Below are positions 56,001-64,000 of a stretch of 64,000 bases of DNA, in pieces. Origin of the DNA: Camelus ferus (Eukaryota); the NCBI RefSeq assembly GCF_009834535.1, contig NC_045707.1, positions 63,800,001 through 63,864,000 on the forward strand. The letters are read 5' to 3'. The stretch's first letter is position 1; each line of letters starts with the position of its first letter. Below the pieces are notes generated by a model. The model did not search any database. It was not told the DNA's origin and worked only from the letters and a program-made list of their open reading frames with translations. A program made the position numbers and the translations under genes.

Positions 56001-57534
56001 GTTTAGCAACTGGATGGGAGATGGCTTGTGGGAGATAGAACCGCAGATCTCTATCACCAGGCAAAACTATGGGAATGCATTAGAACACTCAAAATGAAAA
56101 GATACAGGGTAAGTGAAGCTCGCTGGTGACTACCACTGTTGGAGGAGTTGAGAGAGAAAGGAATTGTGAAGATATAAAGGAAAAAAAAAAGAGGGAGACA
56201 AGGGGCACAGTGGAGTTATGGAAGCCAAGAAGGAAGTGGTTTACAGTGTCTAATGCTGCAGAGAAGTCAGGTAAAATAAGGTTTGAAAACGTGACAGATA
56301 ATGGAAAAAAAAAAAAAAAAAAAGAAAAAGAAAAAACATGACAGATAAACTTAGCCAGCAGAAGCCAGATTCCATTTGAAGAGTAAGGCAGATAATGAGA
56401 AACTAGTATTCTCTCAAGAAACTTAGCTCTAAGGAGGAGAGATCAGAAAACCAAAGATTTACTAGAACAGCTTTGCTGCAGAACTGTTAAAGATTTTCAG
56501 TTGTAATGCTTATTTAGTTTCTAAATTATTTGTGGTGATTCACATTCTTAAATTGGCCATTAGAGAAGTTTAAAAATATTTGCAGATTGCTTGTTGGGTA
56601 AGTTAGAAGAAACTTTATATCCTAGCCGATTCAAATGATCTGTAAATGACATTGTATTAAAACCACGTAAAGTACTTGTCTTTTCTTTTGTTAATTTCTA
56701 GGTTAGAGAAGTGAAGTGTAACACTTCTCCTACATATGAAATTTTTTGAGTAAATTGTAGTTTGGAACTTTGTAGCCATTTCCAACCAAGAAGTTGTATT
56801 TTATGTATCACTATGTTAGAGAAGAAAAAAGGCCCAAAATAATTGGTTTAGATATCCTTATCTTCAGGGGAAAATTAGTTTAGAGGATACAGTTTGGATA
56901 TAACTTAAAGGTTTTATTTATTTTTATTGTATAACTGCCTTCATTGTCTTAGTTGTATATATGTTGGATATTAGTATACTTTATGAGCTCTAAGATTATG
57001 TGTTAAATTTTTAATACATTTCCTATTCATAATTTAGTCTCAACTACTAATTGTCAATGTTTATTTTTATATCAATTTTTTTAAATTTGAGACAAGAGAA
57101 GAAACTAACTAAAAAGAAGAAACGTTTTCTCCTGATTATGTGAAGTGTAAATTATCCACATCTGTAACAAACCATTCAGTTTCTCCCCTCTTCCTTCAGA
57201 AAGGAATCTTTAACATCCAGCTCATTATGGGCTTTCCTGATAACTACAGAAGGAAAGATGCTGTGATCTAAGTAGGTGGAGTGCCTGTGGATACTGCTGG
57301 TAGTAACTGACACTAGTGGTTTTGTAAGTGGACTGTTTGTAGGGATACTTGTTAAATTTGAAATGTGGGCATGAAAGTGGGCATTAGCACACGTGTTAAG
57401 TGGAATTTAGTCATTTAAAAATATCAATTCATCTTGAAAAACAGAAAGGGAGACAGTTCATTCATAAATTAATGTGTTTTTGTTAAATTAACTGGAAAAT
57501 TTTTGGAAACTGGTTTCCTTAATATGCTGTTCAG
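53047..57534 (+). other. ZFC3H1: U12-type (minor spliceosome) GT-AG intron 1 of ZFC3H1
   Basis: 5' splice site GTATCCTT at 53047. Branch sequence TTTCCTTAAT at 57514-57523, with branch A 12-13 nt from CAG at 57532-57534 and no polypyrimidine tract. Splicing restores ...PRKS-SKSFGRSPSRK. Confidence 0.93.
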
Positions 57535-57951
57535 CCAAAAGTTTTGGAAGATCTCCATCAAGAAAACAGAATTATTCATCAAAAAGTGAAAACTGTGGGG
57601 AAGAAACTTTTGAAGATTTACTTCTGAAGTATAAACAGATACAGTTGGAACTAGAGTGCATCAATAAGGATGAGAAGCTAGCTTTGAGTAGCAAAGAGGA
57701 GAATGTGCAGGAAGATCCCAAAACATTGAACTTTGAGGACCAAACAAGCACTGATAATGTCAGTATTACAAAGGACTCAAGTAAAGAAGTAGCTCCTGAG
57801 GAGAAAACACAGGTCAAAACTTTTCAGGCATTTGAATTAAAACCACTCAGGCAAAAATTGACTTTACCAGGAGACAAGAACCGGTTGAAAAAAGTTAAAG
57901 ATGGAACAAAGCAGCTTTCCCTGAAATCTGACACTACTGAACCTAGTCAAG
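57535..57951 (+). CDS. ZFC3H1: ZFC3H1 coding exon 2 (SKSFGRSPSRKQNYSSK...ETFEDLLLKYKQIQLELECINK...TEPSQ), 417 nt
   Basis: Includes most of ORF 57645..57977. Donor G|GTAATG at 57951/57952. The gene continues beyond the window. Confidence 0.95.
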
Positions 57952-58334
57952 GTAATGGAATTAAAAATTTCAATTAGAGATTCTTCTTTCTCTAAACGGG
58001 TAACTAGTTAATTTGGCAGCATACTTCATTGAAATGATTCTGATGTTTTATATGTGAATTCTTTTTTGCACTTTCTACATAGACAGTCAGTACTGAATGA
58101 TGGCAAGTTTTGTTTCATTCAGTCTCCCTTTTGGCCTTACCTGCCTGTCAGGACTGATAATACAGTTTTTAACATAAGCGATAGTAGTGGCACCTTTGTT
58201 CCTAAACTTACAGGAGACCCCTTGCCATTTACTTTTTTTGCCTTGCCATTTACTTTTAAATGTAATGTTGGCTAAGTTTTTGTAGTTATCTTTTATTGAG
58301 TAAAGGAAATGTTGACTCCCCCCCAACCCCGCGC

Positions 58335-61300
58335 CAGTTTCTTGTTTGAAATTTTCAGCATGAATAGATGTTGAAGTTTATCAAATCTTTTTTATTCATT
58401 ATGGAGAAGAGCATCTAATTTTTCTCCTTTAATTTATTAGTGTAATGGATATTATTAGGGTTTTGGTTTTTTTTTTTTTTTTGGTGGTGTTTGTTTGTTT
58501 TAAGTGGAGGTACTGGGGATTGAACCCAGGACCTTGTGCATGCTAGGCATGCACTCTACCACTGAGCTATACCCTCCCCTTTGTAATGGATATTATTGAT
58601 TTTTTTGTAGTGTTAAACCACCCTCGTATACTTGGGATAAATCCAGCTAGTTGATATTATGTCTTGTTTATACATCATGGATTTGGTTTGTTAATTTTTT
58701 CTTTACCTCTTTTTTATGAATGTATAATTTATATTCAGTAAAAATTTACCCTTTTCAGTGTATAGTTCTTTGAATTTTGACAAATGCAGGCAGTTGGGTA
58801 ACAGTTGCCAGCCACCACTATTAAGATACAGAACAGTTACATTTACTCCCACTGATTCCCTCATGCCACCAACCCTCCCTGGTAACTACTTACCTGTTTT
58901 CTGACTCTGCTTTTACCTGTTCCAGAATGTCATATAAGTGAAGTCATATAGTACCTTGCCATTTAACCCCAGCTTCTTTCACTTAGCATCTTGTCTTTGA
59001 GATTCATCCATCTGGTTGCATATATCAGTAGATGATTCTGTTTTATTGCTGAATGTTCCATCGTATGGCTGTGCTACAGTTTGTTTATCCATTTCCCACT
59101 TCAGGGACATTTGGGTTCTTCAGTTTGGGGCAGTTGTTAAATCTTCATAAATGAAGGTTTGCTAATCTTTTATTTGGAATTTTTCATCTGGGTTCATAGC
59201 CTGTAGTTTTTTCCCTTTATCCTTGCCAGGTTTTTGTACAAGATTTTGATGCTCACAGTGAGTTGGGGAGTGGTTTCTTTATTCTCTGGAATAAGTTTTA
59301 AGATTGGAATCATTCCTAGGATATTTGGTAGATCTTTCTAGTAAAATTATCTGGGCCAAGATGGAGTTTTTTCTGGGAAGGTTTTAAACTACTGACTGTT
59401 CATATTGTCTATTTCTGGTTTAGGTAAACTGTATTTTTCTAGTAATATGTTTGTTTCCTTAAAGTTGTACTGTTTATAAAAAATTATTCTTAAGAATCTT
59501 ACTTCTTCTTATCTGTAGTATTTGTAAGTTGTGTCTTCCCCTACCTTTAAAAGATTTTCCCAGAAATAAGTATAAATTTTTGGTTCTCTACTATTAGCAT
59601 CTTTTTGGGCTATAAAATTCCTACTTTAGTTGTATCTCAGTTTGTGATATGTAAATATTTTTTCGTTCACTTCTAATTGTTTTCTAATTTTTGTTATTCT
59701 TTGGCCTGTAGGCTATTTGGAAGTGTGTTTCTTAACTTCCAAACATGTAGGTTTTCTAGCTATGTTTTTTGCTATTGACTTTTAAGTCAATCCCATTGTT
59801 GGAGAGTGAGAGCTGTATGGTACCAATTTTTTGAAATATTTGTAGAGACTTGCTTTATTGTCTAGTATGTGATTGATTTTTGTAACTGTTCTTTGTTTGA
59901 AAGGAATGTATGAATTGTTATTGCAAGCTTTTATGTTCAGATATTCCTTCTAAGATGTGAACATTTTTTGATCTGCTTAGTCTATCATACTGAGAGGTCT
60001 GCTAAAATCTGCCACTTGTGATGGTTGATTTCTGGTTTTCAGTTTTTGTTTTAAATACTTTGAGGCTGGGGAATTTTAAATACTTTGAGGCTGGAGAATT
60101 CTCGTTATTATGTAGTGACCTTCTTTATCTCTAGTAATGTTTTTCCCTAGAAGGCTATTTTATCTCAATTGCTGCACCATCTTTCTCTTAAGTATATATG
60201 TTTTGTATATCATTTTCCATCCTTTCAGTCTTTCTGTATCCTCATGTTCCAGATGTAACTTGTGCATTCTGTAGAGCTAGATTTCAATTGTAATTTAATC
60301 TAACAATCTTCTTTTAACAAGAACATTTGGTTTGTTCACATTTTTTTCATGATTACTGATATTGGTATTTATTGCCTTTGCTCTTTTTTTCTCTTTTGCC
60401 TCTTTTGATTTTTTTTTTATACATTCTTATGCTCTCCCTGATACACAAGGACTAACGCCTACCATTTCCTGTGCATTTAACACTTTCTTGGCTCAGTCTT
60501 CCTTCTATATCTAGAATCACTTATACTTAAAATACATTTTTTTGGAATTTGCTTTACTGTCTGCTATATAGAAAACTTTCTTCTGTTTATCTTCTTTTAA
60601 AGACGGTTTTTCCTAGGCTTAGAATTCTACAGTGGTTAATTGTATCCTCAGTATATTCAAGATATTTCCTGGCTTCCATTGTTGATTTTGAAAAGTCAGC
60701 TATTGGTCTTAATAGTTTCTAATTTAAAGGTAACCTGTCTTTTTTTTTTAAAGTTACTTTAAAGATCCTAGTTTTGATTTTTGTCTTGATAATCTGTAGT
60801 TTAACTATGCTGTATTGTAGGTTTTTTTTGTTGTTGTTGTTGTTGTTTTTTTTTTTTTTTTTGTCCAGCTTGGGATTTGTTTTGCTTCTAGTTTTCACTG
60901 ATTCTGAAAATTGTCATTATCTCCTAAAATATTGTCTCAGACTCTTCCTTTTTGGAACTCTGTATAGATGTATGTTATATTAAATCATCTCACTGTAGCT
61001 CTCATTTCTCCTAATGTTGTTTAAGTTTCTATCTGTTTATGACTGCTGCATTCTGGAAGATTTCCTCTGGTGTATCTTTCAGCTCACCTAGTTCTCTCTT
61101 TAGCTATGTCTGATTGGCTTTAAGCCCACCTATTGAGTTTTAAATTTCAGTTATAGTTTTTATTTTAGTATTTCATTTTTATTTTGTTTTCTAAATCACT
61201 TTGGTCATTGTTTTTTATTTTTTCTCTCTCCTTATTTTCCAAATTTATCTTTATTTCTTTAAACATGTTAACTGTGGATTTGTTTTGTTTTCCTCCTTTG

Positions 61301-61690
61301 CCTCCTAATTTTCTATATCTGGGTCTAATTTCTGATGGTTTTGCTCTTTCTTCTGGTTCTCATTTTTCGTACCTTCTTTTCTTGAATGTTTAGTGATTTT
61401 TGTTTTTTAAGTGAGATGTCCATTTTCCTTTGAACATTTCTGGTAAAGATTTTTGGAGGCCTGTACAAAGGTGGATTTCCTACAGAGGATTTACTTTTGT
61501 GGCTGTTAAGCAGCTAAGTAGGCTTTTGATTTGGGACTGCTCTATATTTGAAGTTTTCAAGGCAACCCATGTGGTATAAATTTGGTTGCAAACCCAAGTG
61601 GTGACTGATTTTGGTTACACGTTCTTTGGGAATTGTTTTTTGTTTTTCAGCTTAGGACCATGGTTCCAGATAGGCAGTTTTGAAAATTAT
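58335..61690 (-). mobile_element. Degraded old L1 fragments in ZFC3H1 intron 2
   Basis: T-rich antisense L1 phrases, e.g. TTCTTTCACTTAGCAT...TGAGATTCATCCAT. Confidence 0.75.
58457..58581 (-). mobile_element. Young Vic-1-like SINE with perfect 16-bp TSD
   Basis: TGTAATGGATATTATT at 58441-58456 and 58582-58597; intact A and B boxes. Confidence 0.92.
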
Positions 61691-62859
61691 ACCCCAGTGA
61701 GATAGAAGAGATATGCAATAATTATGGCATATAGTAAGAATGAATGAAAGCCTGCAGTAATGCAAAGAAAGGATCGAATGTCTTCAGTTGGATTTAGAAA
61801 GGTTTTATAGTGGTTGAAATGTTTGATATATGTCTTGGAAAATGAATCTTTCTGAGAAATCAGAAGGAACCAAATGAGCAGATGAAGGCACAGAGAACTT
61901 TTAAAGGATATTGAGATTGGTCTAATATGGGTGCGACGTGGGATATATGTGTGCTTTGGAGAGGGGTTGGACATAAATTTATAAAAGGATAGATTGAGAT
62001 TGGATTGCAAAGGGCCTTGAATTTGAATGTCTTGCTATGGAATTTAGATTTTCTTTAAACCTTAGTTGGGCCATCAGATATTTTTAAGCAGGAAAATGAT
62101 GTCAGTTTTAGAAAAATAACTGGCAGCAGTGTAGAAGAGAGATTGGATGAAAAGAAAAGCTAAAATTTATCTGAATCAAGAGATTATATGATTAGTGCTA
62201 AAACATATGTATTTCCGTACCCTAATCTTCAGCAAAACTTTCAGCTCTGCCATTAAACTTTTAAATTGTTATGGGTCAGCTTTTTTCCCTATTTCCTCTC
62301 AACAGTTCTTCTAAACCTTTGTCATTTCTTTTAGGGTTTTACTCAACTTTTATCCCTGTTGTTAGCCAATGAGCTTACCTCCTATTTCAGGTGATCTCAC
62401 TCAACTTTCAGCTTTTCACTTCCTGCTTGTAAACTTACATCCATATCGATTTTCATTTCAGTTCCTCTGTTCTGAGGAAGTGGTACCCTTCTTGTTTATG
62501 GCCACTTTGTTTTAACCTGATTCCTAGCTCTTAACTTCTCCCACCTTCTCTGGGACTTCGCTCTGTGTATTGTTTATTCTGATTCATCTTTAACCACTTT
62601 CTCTTAAGGGATTCTTATTATAAACATATTTGAGTTTTCCATCCCAAAATTTAAACAATCCTTCCTTCCATTGTCCCTTAACTTCTTTTTAACCAGACTT
62701 TTGGAAAGGCTAGTCTACGGTGCTTCTTTTCACTTTACGTCTTGTTCTTAACTCAGTGCATTTTGCTTTTCTGCCCCTATCAGAATACTGAAACTATGGC
62801 ACAGTTACTTTGACCTGATGGCAAAATTCATTTTTGATTTTCATTCATTTTTTAGTTTC

Positions 62860-63640
62860 ATTCTTCCATTTATTCAAAAATTAGTTGAACACTTTATTCC
62901 AGAGTCTTATAAATTCATCAGTGAACAAAATAGACAATCATTTATGCTCTCATGGGGTTGTATTTTAAGAAGGGGAGACAGTAAATACGATGAGTAAATA
63001 ATAATTATAGAAAGAGAAAAAGCCTAGGAGGGTAAGTTAGGATGGAGATAATGGGTATAGGCTGCAGTATTAATGGGTGATCAGGAGAGCATGAATTTGG
63101 AGGTGAGATTTAAACAAAGATTTTGAAGATAGTGGGGGAATAGCCAGTTGGATATCTGGGGAAAAGAAGTTTCTAGGCAAAGAGAATAAATAGCTGGAGC
63201 ACTGATTTTCCAACTGTGTCCTTTGGGCTTTCTTTACCTGGGAACTTGACAGAAATGCAAATTATCAGGCCCAACCCTAGATCTACTAAAGTGGAAACTC
63301 TGAAAACGGAGCTCAGCAATCTGTATTTAACAAGTCTTCCTGTTAATTCTAATGCCTACTGAAGTTTGAGAATCACTGAACTAGAATAATGCACCTTAGG
63401 CAGAAGAGTTGTGGCATATTTGGGGAGTAACGGGGAGACCTGTGCCACTAAAGAAGAGAGAGTTGGGGGATGAATAGTGGGAGAGGTCAGATGTAATAGG
63501 TTGGGACATATAGAGCTTTATGAGAACTTTGGTTTTTATTCTAAGTGAGATAGGAGCTCTTCCAGGCTCTTGGCATCATTTGTTTTATATTCTCAAAGGA
63601 TCACTTTGGCTGAAATGTTGAGAATATTCTATAGGAAGTA
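62860..63640 (-). mobile_element. L2 fragments with a MER5-like insertion
   Basis: TTCATT repeats, GTGAACAAAATAGACA, GGATCACTTTGGCTG. Other L2 pieces lie near 5100-5300, 10790-11330, 43400-44180, 49800-50545 and 55880-56450. Confidence 0.65.
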
Positions 63641-64000
63641 GATACATCTATCTATATTCAGTAATGTTTTTCTCACTGATCTTGAAACTTTGAGATTTCT
63701 GTGATACTGTACTTTTCTGGAATTTCTTACAACCTTCTGATTTTCCTTTTTAAAAAAAATACTTTTCCTTTGTAACTTAACTGTTCACGTCCTTGGTGTT
63801 CCATTCTTCTGAGGTATTCTCAATTATTATGATTTTAACTACCACCGATGTCCTGATGATTGTCTCTAGCTCAGTTTCGAATTTCAGGTAATAATTTTTA
63901 AAATACTGCATGACTGCACAAGACCAGTTTTCATTTTGGGAGTACTGAGTAAGAATTGAAATAATAATTATATTGTAGAGAGGCACGACAGTGGTAGGAC

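Noticed and set aside
56846..56860. TTTAG|ATATCCTT inside the U12 intron (recursive or second U11 site?)
   Set aside because: No U12 branch sequence upstream and no tandem partner; one such 8-mer in 4.5 kb of AT-rich DNA is compatible with chance.
63777..63986. 69-aa ORF or possible ZFC3H1 exon 3 at the window end
   Set aside because: No frame gives the recalled continuation of ZFC3H1; origin cannot be assigned without a search.

Overview
Mammalian genomic DNA, probably camelid (inferred from about seven copies of a tRNA-derived SINE resembling camelid Vic-1). It carries the ZFC3H1-THAP2-TMEM19 block. TMEM19 is complete on the minus strand (6 coding exons, 1011 nt, 336 aa). THAP2 is complete on the minus strand (3 coding exons, 624 nt, 207 aa, apparently C-terminally shortened). 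The first two coding exons of ZFC3H1 are on the plus strand, head-to-head with THAP2 across a CpG-island bidirectional promoter. The first ~22 kb is a gene-free mosaic of L1, L2, MIR, MaLR/ERV LTRs and DNA-transposon fossils. I see no evidence of a wholly new gene system. The most notable signals are regulatory or evolutionary: ZFC3H1 intron 1 is a U12-type (minor spliceosome) intron with an internal poly(A) signal and strong U1 site; a chain of ATGA-overlapped uORFs leads into the TMEM19 start; THAP2 has an early stop with fossil C-terminal coding sequence behind it and a 69-codon overlapping uORF; and there is a 50-bp micro-retrocopy with poly(A) signal, tail and 21-bp target-site duplication (TSD). 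Repeat family names and human comparisons are from recall, not from database searches. Boundaries of old repeats are approximate.
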